A stretch of 35,839 nt of DNA, taken from assembly GCA_965601765.1 (NCBI GenBank), contig CBFCWS010000001.1, positions 1 to 35,839 of the forward strand, read 5' to 3'. The notes under the pieces were generated by a model. That model made no database searches and had not been told where the DNA came from. It worked only from the letters and a program-made list of their open reading frames with translations. The position numbers and the translations under genes were made by a program. The DNA comes from an uncultured Ilumatobacter sp. GTDB taxonomy: Bacteria > Actinomycetota > Acidimicrobiia > Acidimicrobiales > Ilumatobacteraceae. The stretch's first letter is position 1. Each line of letters opens with the position of its first letter. Shown here one piece after another: positions 17,875-25,708 of this stretch.

Positions 17875-18594
17875 ATGGAGGCGCGGTCGGTCCGACCACC
17901 AGGGGGTCGCCCCGAGGCGCGGCCCATCGAACCGCCCGCCAGCCGATGGCAGCTCCCGACGGACGGGCCCATCGACGGCTCCGACCTCGTCGCGGTCGGT
18001 GCCGACCTCGAGCCCGGCACGTTGCTCGCGGCGTACCGCACCGGTCTGTTCCCGATGCCCTACGACCGGCGCCGGATCGCCTGGTTCTCGCCCGACCCGC
18101 GCGGCATCCTGCCCCTCGACGCCCTGCACGTGTCGCGTACGCTGCGCCGCAGTATCCGCCGCTTCGACGTCACGTTCGACACGGCGTTCACCGAGGTCGT
18201 GCTCGGGTGCGCCGACCCGGAACGATCGGGCGCCTGGATCGACCGTCGCATCATCGACGCGTACCGGAACCTGTTCGATCTCGGGTGGGCGCACTCGATC
18301 GAGATCCGGCACCGGGGCGACGATGAGCACCAGCCCGGCGAGCTCGTCGGCGGGCTCTACGGCGTACGCGTCGACGGCCTCTTCGCCGGCGAGTCGATGT
18401 TCCATCGGGTCACCGACGCATCGAAGGCCGCCCTGGTCCACACCGTGCAGTGGATGCGCGACTCGGGTGGGCAGCTCTTCGACGTGCAGTGGACGACGCC
18501 ACACCTGCGGTCGCTCGGAGCCATCGACGTGCCGCGCGACGACTACCTCGCCCGGCTGCGGCACAGCGTCGGCGGGAGCGCCGATGCAGGGTGA
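17875..18594 (+). CDS. aat: Leucyl/phenylalanyl-tRNA--protein transferase
   Basis: GADLEPGTLLAAYRTGLFP, WFSPDPRGIL, GWAHSIE, LVGGLYGV, FAGESMFH, DASKAAL, DVQWTTPHLRSLGA. Confidence 0.94.
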   Translation: MEARSVRPPGGRPEARPIEPPASRWQLPTDGPIDGSDLVAVGADLEPGTLLAAYRTGLFPMPYDRRRIAWFSPDPRGILPLDALHVSRTLRRSIRRFDVTFDTAFTEVVLGCADPERSGAWIDRRIIDAYRNLFDLGWAHSIEIRHRGDDEHQPGELVGGLYGVRVDGLFAGESMFHRVTDASKAALVHTVQWMRDSGGQLFDVQWTTPHLRSLGAIDVPRDDYLARLRHSVGGSADAG

Positions 18595-18837
18595 GACGAC
18601 GAGGTGTCGACGGACCCCCACCCGTCGACACCGCGTCGCCGCCGGCCGACTGTCCCTGCGCCGGTGGAGAACCCCGTCGCATCGAGTGCGACCCAGCACG
18701 TCGGCCGGACAGGTGGTCATCGGCACCGATCGCCGCCGACTTGAGCGATTTCTCCGCCGGCCGCCCCACCACCGACCTCGTCGCCGTGACCGGCGCGGCG
18801 ACGCCCACCAACGTCACGATGCTCCGAGGAGTGCACG

Positions 18838-20820
18838 ATGACCGACACCACCACCCCCTCCACCACCCCCGCTCCCCAGCGCGACCGTCCGTGGATGATG
18901 CGCACGTACTCGGGCCACTCCACGGCAGCGGCCTCCAACGAGCTGTACCGCACCAACCTCGCGAAGGGCCAGACCGGCCTGTCGATCGCGTTCGACCTCC
19001 CCACCCAGACCGGATACGACCCCGACTCGGAGATGGCCCGTGGCGAGGTGGGCAAGGTCGGCGTCCCCGTGGCACATCTCGGCCACATGCGGACCCTGCT
19101 CGACGGCATCCCGCCCGGCGAGATGAACACGTCGATGACGATCAACGCGACCGCGTCGTGGCTGCTCGCGCTCTACGTCGCCAACGCCGCCGAGCAGGGC
19201 GTTCCGTCGGCCGCACTGCGCGGCACGACGCAGAACGACATCGTGAAGGAGTACCTGTCGCGCGGGACCTACATCTTCCCGCCGATGCCGTCGAAGCGAC
19301 TGATCGTCGACATGGTGGCGTGGTGTGCCGAGCACGCACCCTCGTGGAACCCGATGAACGTGTGCTCCTACCACCTGCAGGAGGCCGGTGCGACCCCGGT
19401 CCAGGAGATCGCGTACTCCCTGGCGACCGCGATCGACGTGCTCGACGCGGTGCGCGACTCGGGTCAGGTCGACCCCGGACGGTTCGGACAGGTCTTCGGA
19501 TCGATCTCGTTCTTCGTCAACGCCGGCATCCGCTTCGTGGAGGAGATCTGCAAGCTCCGAGCGATGACCGACATGTGGGATCAGATCGGTCTCGAGCGGT
19601 ACGGCGTCGAAGATCCCAAGCAGCGTCGCTTCCGCTACGGCGTGCAGGTCAACTCGCTCGGCCTCACCGAGGCCCAGCCCGAGAACAACATCCAGCGCAT
19701 CGTGCTCGAGATGCTCGGCGTCTCGCTGTCCAAGCGGGCGCGGGCCCGATCGATCCAGCTCCCGGCCTGGAACGAGGCGCTCGGACTGCCGCGTCCGTGG
19801 GATCAGCAGTGGTCGCTGCGGATGCAGCAGGTGCTCGCCTTCGAGACCGACCTGCTCGAGTACGGCGACCTCTTCGACGGTTCGCACGTCGTCGAGACGA
19901 AGACCGCCGAGCTCCGTGACGCCGCGCAAGCCGAGCTCGACGACGTGCTCGCACTGGGTGGCGCCTTCGAGGCGGTCGAGACGCTCAAGTCACGGCTGGT
20001 GACGTCGATGGCCGAACGCACACGCCGCATCGAGTCGGGCGACCTGGTCGTCGTCGGTGTCAACGCGTTCACCGAGACCGCCGAGTCGCCGCTGGGCGGC
20101 GAGGGTGCGATCCTCACCGTCGATCCTGCGGTCGGCGCGGAGATGATCGCCGACGTCGAGCGCTGGCGACGCGACCGCGATCAAGCCGCGGTCGATGCCG
20201 CCCTCACCGAGCTCGAGCGCGTGGCGGCGACCGACGAGAACGTCATGCCGGCGACGATCGCCCTCGCGAAGGCGGGTGGCACGACGGGCGAGTGGGGCGC
20301 CGTCATGCGAGCGGCGTTCGGCGAGTTCCGGGCGCCCACCGGCGTGGCCGGGGCCCCGGGTCACACCACGGGCGCCCTGTCGGAGATCGCACGACGCAGC
20401 CGCGAACTCCCGGGCGGACCGGTCCGGTTCCTCGTATCCAAGCCGGGCCTCGACGGCCACTCCAACGGCGCCGAGCAGATCGCGGTCGCGGCACGCGATG
20501 CCGGCATGGAGGTCATCTACCCGGGCATCCGCATGACGCTCGACCAGATCGTCGCATCGGCACGTGACGAGGATCCGGACGTGATCGGGGTCTCGATCCT
20601 CTCGGGGTCACACCTCGAACTGGTGCCCGACCTCGTCGCCAAGCTGCGCGCCGAGGGCGTCGACGCTCCGGTGATCGCCGGCGGCATCATCCCGACCGAG
20701 GACCGACCCCGACTGGTCGACGCCGGAGTCTCGGCCGTCTACACGCCGAAGGACTTCGAGCTGGCCAAGATCATGTCCGACGTCGTCGACCTCGCCGCCG
20801 CCCACCGCAACGGCAGCTGA
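18838..20820 (+). CDS. meaA: B12-dependent ethylmalonyl-CoA mutase (MeaA/Ecm)
   Basis: RDRPWMMRTYSGHS, GQTGLSIAFDLPTQTGYD, FRYGVQVNSLGLTEAQPENN, QLPAWNEALGLPRPWDQQWSLR, B12 motif KPGLDGHSNGAEQIA. GAGGAG RBS. Confidence 0.92.
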   Translation: MTDTTTPSTTPAPQRDRPWMMRTYSGHSTAAASNELYRTNLAKGQTGLSIAFDLPTQTGYDPDSEMARGEVGKVGVPVAHLGHMRTLLDGIPPGEMNTSMTINATASWLLALYVANAAEQGVPSAALRGTTQNDIVKEYLSRGTYIFPPMPSKRLIVDMVAWCAEHAPSWNPMNVCSYHLQEAGATPVQEIAYSLATAIDVLDAVRDSGQVDPGRFGQVFGSISFFVNAGIRFVEEICKLRAMTDMWDQIGLERYGVEDPKQRRFRYGVQVNSLGLTEAQPENNIQRIVLEMLGVSLSKRARARSIQLPAWNEALGLPRPWDQQWSLRMQQVLAFETDLLEYGDLFDGSHVVETKTAELRDAAQAELDDVLALGGAFEAVETLKSRLVTSMAERTRRIESGDLVVVGVNAFTETAESPLGGEGAILTVDPAVGAEMIADVERWRRDRDQAAVDAALTELERVAATDENVMPATIALAKAGGTTGEWGAVMRAAFGEFRAPTGVAGAPGHTTGALSEIARRSRELPGGPVRFLVSKPGLDGHSNGAEQIAVAARDAGMEVIYPGIRMTLDQIVASARDEDPDVIGVSILSGSHLELVPDLVAKLRAEGVDAPVIAGGIIPTEDRPRLVDAGVSAVYTPKDFELAKIMSDVVDLAAAHRNGS

Positions 20821-20844
20821 CCCCCCCCCCCGGCGCCAGTCCGC

Positions 20845-20896
20845 TGTTCTGTGTCACCGATTTGGTCGTCGACGACCAAATCGGTGACACAGAACA
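20845..20896. repeat. 52-bp perfect palindrome between convergent genes (REP-like element or bidirectional terminator)
   Basis: TGTTCTGTGTCACCGATTTGGTCGTC|GACGACCAAATCGGTGACACAGAACA: two 26-nt arms with no spacer. Confidence 0.92.
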
Positions 20897-20915
20897 ACCT
20901 CGACATCGAAGAACG

Positions 20916-21263
20916 TCAGGGCTGGGTGGGGTCGGGCGGGTCGGGGAGCTGCTCGATCATCACCATGTCGACCGGGAGCTCGATGACCTGACCGACCTGG
21001 AGGTAGCCGTCCTCCGGAAGGTCGTTGAGGCGGATGATCTCGCTGGCCGGCACCTGGGCGCGACGCGCGATGTCGTTGACGTTGTCGCCGGCCTGGACCT
21101 CGTAGAACTTGCGGCGCGTGTCGGGCGTCGTCGTGTCGGAGGCCAGGGTGGTCGTCGTCTGCATCGGCGGCAACGTGTCGACCGCTGCGTCGAGCTCGTC
21201 GCCGCAGGCTGCGAGGAGGGGTGCGCTGACGGCGAGGGCGGCGAAGGCGGCGAGACGGTGCAT
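20916..21263 (-). CDS. LysM-domain lipoprotein
   Basis: Lipobox LAA-C, Thr-rich linker, LysM YEVQAGDNVNDIARR..IIRLNDL..LQVGQVIELP. Confidence 0.88.
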   Translation of the reverse strand: MHRLAAFAALAVSAPLLAACGDELDAAVDTLPPMQTTTTLASDTTTPDTRRKFYEVQAGDNVNDIARRAQVPASEIIRLNDLPEDGYLQVGQVIELPVDMVMIEQLPDPPDPTQP

Positions 21264-21372
21264 GGCGGAACGGTGGTCGGGTCGCCCCCGAGCGTACCGA
21301 CCCGACCCCGCGATCGGGCTTCCGGGCAGGCGGACACGAGCGGCAGCGGACGGGCTGCCTACGCTCCACCAC

Positions 21373-22299
21373 GTGACCCCCGACGACCTCGTCTCGATCG
21401 ACGGCGCCGTCGAGCCCGACCGGGAGTACGCGATCGACGCCGCCGGCGTCCGGATCGCCGTGCACGAGTGGGGGTCCTCCTCCGCTCCGCCGCTCCTGCT
21501 CGCCCACGGCGGCTTCGACTTCGCACGAACCTTCGACACGTTCGCGCCGCTGCTCGCCGACGCCGGGTGGCGGGTGGTCAGCTGGGACCATCGCGGCCAC
21601 GGCGACTCGGCCCACGTCGAGCTGTACTCGTGGGAGGCCGATCTGCGCGATGCGGCCGCGGTGTTCGACCACGTCGTGGGCCGGGCACCGGTCGCCGTGG
21701 TCGGTCACTCCAAGGGCGGCGCGATGATGATCCAGCTGGCAGACGCCGAGCCGTTCCGCTTCTCGGCGCTCGTCAACATCGACGGCATGCCGTCGCGTCA
21801 CCCGGTACCCGACGTCGCCGAGCACGAGCGCACGCGCCTGCTCGCAGGCGAGGTCACCGGTTGGCTGGATCATCGTGCCCGCACCGCTCGGTCGCGGCGA
21901 CGGCCCGGCACGATCGACGAGCTCGCCACGCGTCGGGGCCGCATGAACCCCCGGCTGTCGCACGACTGGCTGCGCTACCTCGTGACCGTCGGGGCGACGC
22001 GCGACGACGACGGCTGGCGGTGGAAGCTCGATCCCTCGATGCGCTTCGGCGGGTTCGGCCCCTGGAGGCCACAGTGGTCACTGCTGCGGATGGCCGGCAT
22101 CGGCGTCCCGTTCTTCGGCATGCTGGTCGGAGCGGAAGAGGAGATGGGCTGGAAGACGCGTCCCCACGAGCTCCGTCCGTACCTGCCGGTCGGCGCCCGG
22201 CTCGACGTGCTCGACGACATGGGCCACTTCGCGCACATCGAGCAGCCCGACGAGGTCGCGGGGCGCGTCCTCGACTTCCTCGACGGAGTGCGGCGATGA
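21373..22299 (+). CDS. Alpha/beta-fold hydrolase with intact motifs
   Basis: LAHGGFD, WDHRGHGDS, nucleophile GHSKGG, C-terminal MGHFAHIEQP. TACGCT lies 7 nt before the GTG. Confidence 0.9.
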   Translation: MTPDDLVSIDGAVEPDREYAIDAAGVRIAVHEWGSSSAPPLLLAHGGFDFARTFDTFAPLLADAGWRVVSWDHRGHGDSAHVELYSWEADLRDAAAVFDHVVGRAPVAVVGHSKGGAMMIQLADAEPFRFSALVNIDGMPSRHPVPDVAEHERTRLLAGEVTGWLDHRARTARSRRRPGTIDELATRRGRMNPRLSHDWLRYLVTVGATRDDDGWRWKLDPSMRFGGFGPWRPQWSLLRMAGIGVPFFGMLVGAEEEMGWKTRPHELRPYLPVGARLDVLDDMGHFAHIEQPDEVAGRVLDFLDGVRR

Positions 22300-22979
22300 C
22301 GACGCCGGGGCCGACCGGGCCGAACCCGACCGCCGAGCCGACGTGGCTGGAGCACAACCGCGTCCGGCTCGCGCTGCACACGCTCCGCGACGCCGGGACC
22401 GGGCTGCCCCTGCTCTGGCTCCACGGTCTCGGAGAGCGGTCACCCGACGCCGTCCCTGCGGCCCTCGCCGAGTGGCCCGGAGCGGTCCATGCGCTCGACC
22501 TCACCGGGCACGGTCGATCCACGCTGCCGACCGGCGGCGGGTACACCGCCGAGGTCATGATGGCCGACGCCGACGCGGCGCTACGACACCTCGGCGCGGC
22601 CACCGTGGTCGGTCGCGGGCTCGGCGGCTACATCGCCCTGCTGATCGCCGGCGCCCGGCCCACTCTCGTGCGGGGAGCCGTGATCGCCGACGGACCCGGA
22701 CTGTCCGGGGGCCCGAGCGATCCGACGTCACAATCGGTGCTCCCGGTACCGGCGGCCGACACCACGCCCGACCCCTACGCGCTGGTCGAGCTCGGTCGCG
22801 ACCTCCGCCCACCCGACTACTCGACGACGTTCGCCCGCGCCGCAGTCGAGCTCTCCGGACTCGACACGCCGATCGTGGTCGTCGCACGCTTCCGGCCCGC
22901 CTGGTTGTCGGCGGTGGTCGAACAACCGGGCGTCGGCACCGCGACCGACGTCGGCGCCGCGCTCACCATCGTCGGCTGA
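22296..22979 (+). CDS. Alpha/beta-hydrolase-fold protein lacking the nucleophile Ser
   Basis: ATGA-coupled to upstream gene. LWLHGLG, LDLTGHGRS, GRGLGG in place of GxSxG. Confidence 0.82.
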   Translation: MTTPGPTGPNPTAEPTWLEHNRVRLALHTLRDAGTGLPLLWLHGLGERSPDAVPAALAEWPGAVHALDLTGHGRSTLPTGGGYTAEVMMADADAALRHLGAATVVGRGLGGYIALLIAGARPTLVRGAVIADGPGLSGGPSDPTSQSVLPVPAADTTPDPYALVELGRDLRPPDYSTTFARAAVELSGLDTPIVVVARFRPAWLSAVVEQPGVGTATDVGAALTIVG

Positions 22980-23026
22980 TCGGCACGGGAGACCGCACGG
23001 CGGGTGCGGCACTACACTTCGGCACC

Positions 23027-23506
23027 GTGACTTCGTTGCTGATCGCAGCGGGGGCGTTCGTGCTCATGGAGCCGATCACCGCCGCGACCCACCGGTGGGT
23101 GATGCACGGTGTGGGTTGGGCGCTCCACCGCAGCCACCACCGTCGCGTGGCCACGCGCTTCGAGGCCAACGACGTGTTCCCGGTGGTCTTCGCGGCGATC
23201 GTGTGCATCGGGCTGGCGATCGGCTTCAACGTGGATGGATGGTCGGCGCTCCTTGCCGTGGGTACCGGCGTCACGGTGTACGGCATCGCATACGCGCTCG
23301 TCCATGACGGGTACATCCACCGCCGGATCGGGCTGTTCGGCGATTGGCGACCTGCTCCCCTGGAGCGGCTCGCCGACGCCCATGCGCTGCACCACCGCTT
23401 CAACGACGCGCCGTACGGGATGCTGGTCCCGGTCGTGCCGGACCGGGTCCGTCAGCGAGCCGGCGCGAGCGGGTCGACGCCGTCCCAGGTGCCCGTCGAG
23501 GCATAG
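23027..23506 (+). CDS. crtZ: CrtZ-type carotenoid hydroxylase (di-iron His-box family)
   Basis: ME..THRWVMHGVGWALHRSHH, FEANDVF, YALVHDGYIHRR, AHALHH, PYGML. Confidence 0.88.
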   Translation: MTSLLIAAGAFVLMEPITAATHRWVMHGVGWALHRSHHRRVATRFEANDVFPVVFAAIVCIGLAIGFNVDGWSALLAVGTGVTVYGIAYALVHDGYIHRRIGLFGDWRPAPLERLADAHALHHRFNDAPYGMLVPVVPDRVRQRAGASGSTPSQVPVEA

Positions 23507-24150
23507 GGCTCGAACCGGGCGAAGAGCTCCTCGCCGTACCAGCGTTCGGTGCGTGTCCGGCGCACGACCTCGCGGTGTGCCGGGAGCCGGGTGGCGTAGG
23601 TGCGGGCGGCGTCGAGCGACCGCCACAGGCTGAAGGTGCCGAGCCGGCCGACGGGCGCCTCGCCGATCCCGACGACGGCCAGGAGGCCGTCCGCGCCCTG
23701 CAGCTCGTCGCTGACCGGGGCCCCTGCCGCCCGGAACGCGCGCCACGAACCGGCGCGGACGTCGGCGCGGGTGACGACGGCCAGCGGTCCGTCGGCGCGT
23801 CCCGGTTCGATCATGTCGAGGACCGGCGCGCCACGCCAGGTGCCGTGACCGCCTGCTGATCGCAGGCGGACGCTCCACACCTCGTCCGCGTCCGCCCAGC
23901 GCCGCGCGATCGGATGCTCGCCGAGGAACCGATCGAGGTCCGATTCGTCGTCCCAGACCGCGAACAGCGCGCTGCGGCGAAGATCGGCGCCCGGCCCGGT
24001 GTTCGCGCCGTCTCCGGTGCCGAGGAGGCGCCAGAAGCGGAGGCCCGCGACGCGGGGCAGCCGCAAGCGGTCGGTGCCGAGGCGAGCCAGCACGGCGAGC
24101 TGGCGGCCGGGGCGATCCCGGACCAGGTGGAACGACGCGATCGGGGTCAT
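23452..24150 (-). CDS. crtA: CrtA-like spheroidene/carotenoid monooxygenase
   Basis: GLRFWRLLGTG, ALFAVW, GHGTWRG, GPLAVVTRA, GIGEAPVGRLGTFSLW, HREVV..WYGEELFARF. Confidence 0.85.
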   Translation of the reverse strand: MTPIASFHLVRDRPGRQLAVLARLGTDRLRLPRVAGLRFWRLLGTGDGANTGPGADLRRSALFAVWDDESDLDRFLGEHPIARRWADADEVWSVRLRSAGGHGTWRGAPVLDMIEPGRADGPLAVVTRADVRAGSWRAFRAAGAPVSDELQGADGLLAVVGIGEAPVGRLGTFSLWRSLDAARTYATRLPAHREVVRRTRTERWYGEELFARFEPYASTGTWDGVDPLAPAR

Positions 24151-24170
24151 CGTCGGCCATGCTGGCATCC

Positions 24171-24755
24171 GTGAGCACGTCGTACGCGGTCGTCCTCGTC
24201 GCCGTGTCCGGGTACCTGCTCGGCTCGATACCCGCCGCTCAGCTGCTCGCCGGGCGCCGGCACGACGTCGACCTGCGCGACGTCGGCGACCGCAACCCCG
24301 GTTACTGGAACACCAAGGAGACGCTGGGGCGCCGCGCGGCGCTCCCGGTATTCGTGGCCGACGTCGCCAAGGGCGCCGTGGCGGCAGCGATCGGGGTCGC
24401 TGCCGCGGCGGAGGGTGAGTGGTGGCTCGGGTACGTCGGTGGCGGCGCCGCGATGGTGGGCCACGCGTGGCCGCTGTTCGCTCGCTTCCGCGGCGGCCGG
24501 AGCGTGCTCACGTGGGTCGGCACGACGCTCGTGGTCGCGCCGCTGCCGGCTGCGGTCGCCATCGGCGTGCTCGCCGTCGTGTGGGGCGTGACGAGGCGCT
24601 TCGACATCGCCGCCCGCGCCGGCGTGATCGCCTTCCCGCTCGCGCAGCTCGCGATCGAAGGTCCCGTCCGCACGGCGGCGACGGGTGCGCTGATGACCCT
24701 GATCGGGATCCGGTTCGCCGCGGCCGCGCTCGCCGATCGACGCGCTCCTCGGTGA
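24171..24755 (+). CDS. PlsY-fold acyltransferase within the carotenoid cluster
   Basis: GYLLGSIP, DLRDVGDRNPGYWN, DVAKG, MVGHAWPLFARFRGGRSV. Start at 24171 or 24159. Confidence 0.85.
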   Translation: MSTSYAVVLVAVSGYLLGSIPAAQLLAGRRHDVDLRDVGDRNPGYWNTKETLGRRAALPVFVADVAKGAVAAAIGVAAAAEGEWWLGYVGGGAAMVGHAWPLFARFRGGRSVLTWVGTTLVVAPLPAAVAIGVLAVVWGVTRRFDIAARAGVIAFPLAQLAIEGPVRTAATGALMTLIGIRFAAAALADRRAPR

Positions 24756-24809
24756 GAACGTGCGCACGTGCTCGGTGCACGGCCGGCGACCCGCGGGCCG
24801 CCCAGCGGT

Positions 24810-25259
24810 TCAGGTCGCCCATGCCCCGTTCGACATGATCGTGCGACCGTCGGTCTCCTCGATCGAGTTCCACGCGAGCACCCGTCTCGGCGTGATGCGG
24901 ACGAGCGACCATTCGCCTGGCTCGGAGCCGGGATCCCATCCGACGCGCCGCACGAACGCCGCGGCGACATCGGCGTCGACGTCGGCGTAGGGGTCGATGC
25001 GCGGCTCCCCGTCGACGATGACCACGTCGCCGGTGTCTCCCAGCATCGCCCGCACCCGCCCGGTCGCGGCGATGTTGCGCACCGTGACCGAAGCGGTGGG
25101 GGTGGCGATGCCGATCTCCTTCCCGCTCCACCAGAGCGAGAACGGCACCGCATGTGGCACCCCGTCGAGCGACGCGGTGGCGAGCCAGATGTCGTCCTCG
25201 CGCTCGAGGCGGTCGAGGGTGTCGATCACCCGCTGTCGTCGACGGCGCGGCTCGGGCAT
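24810..25259 (-). CDS. Pyridoxamine 5'-phosphate oxidase-like split-barrel protein
   Basis: DIWLATAS..GVPHAVPFSLWW, VRNIAATGRVRAMLG, DVVIVDG, VGWDP, RITPRRVLAW. Confidence 0.85.
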   Translation of the reverse strand: MPEPRRRRQRVIDTLDRLEREDDIWLATASLDGVPHAVPFSLWWSGKEIGIATPTASVTVRNIAATGRVRAMLGDTGDVVIVDGEPRIDPYADVDADVAAAFVRRVGWDPGSEPGEWSLVRITPRRVLAWNSIEETDGRTIMSNGAWAT

Positions 25260-25299
25260 GAGCGCACCCTGGCACAGTGGTCGGCCGCCGACCGAGCCA

Positions 25300-25708
25300 C
25301 ACGCCCGCGACAGCGGTCTGGTGCGCACCCCCGGTGGGCGTCGGCCGGCGGCCCACACGCGTCCTGCGGCGGCAGCGGCATCCTCCGCTCCGTGAGCTGG
25401 GTCTTCACGATCCGGAGACCGCTGTGCCAGCGCAGCGGGTCGGCGAGGTCGACACCGACGGTCGCGCCGGGCTCCTCCGACGTACGCGAGCAGCCGGCGC
25501 GCAGGAGGTCGAGGGAGCGGGCACGAACGTGTCGCCGTCGCGCTCGTCGCGCTCGTCCACGACGAGACGACCCAGCGGCCGGCCGGACGCGTCGGCGTCG
25601 ACGTACCCCGGCGCGCCCATGAAGTGCGGCACGCAGCTCGACCAGCCGACCTGGCAGGACCGGAGCTCGGCCGCAACGGCCGGCACGTTGGGGGGCCGAT
25701 GCCGTCAT
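25300..25708 (-). pseudogene. Possible frameshifted gene remnant of unknown family
   Basis: An ATG overlaps the GT2 stop (ATGA). GC3-rich protein-like blocks occur in alternating frames (VGWSSCVPHFMGAPGYVDAD; DLADPLRWHSGLRIVKTQL). End approximate. Confidence 0.35.

Noticed and set aside
18595-18837. Cobalamin riboswitch upstream of the B12-dependent mutase
   Set aside because: Only a vague CTGTCCC resemblance; the GGGAA, GCCACTG and AGYCAGRAGACC core elements are not present.
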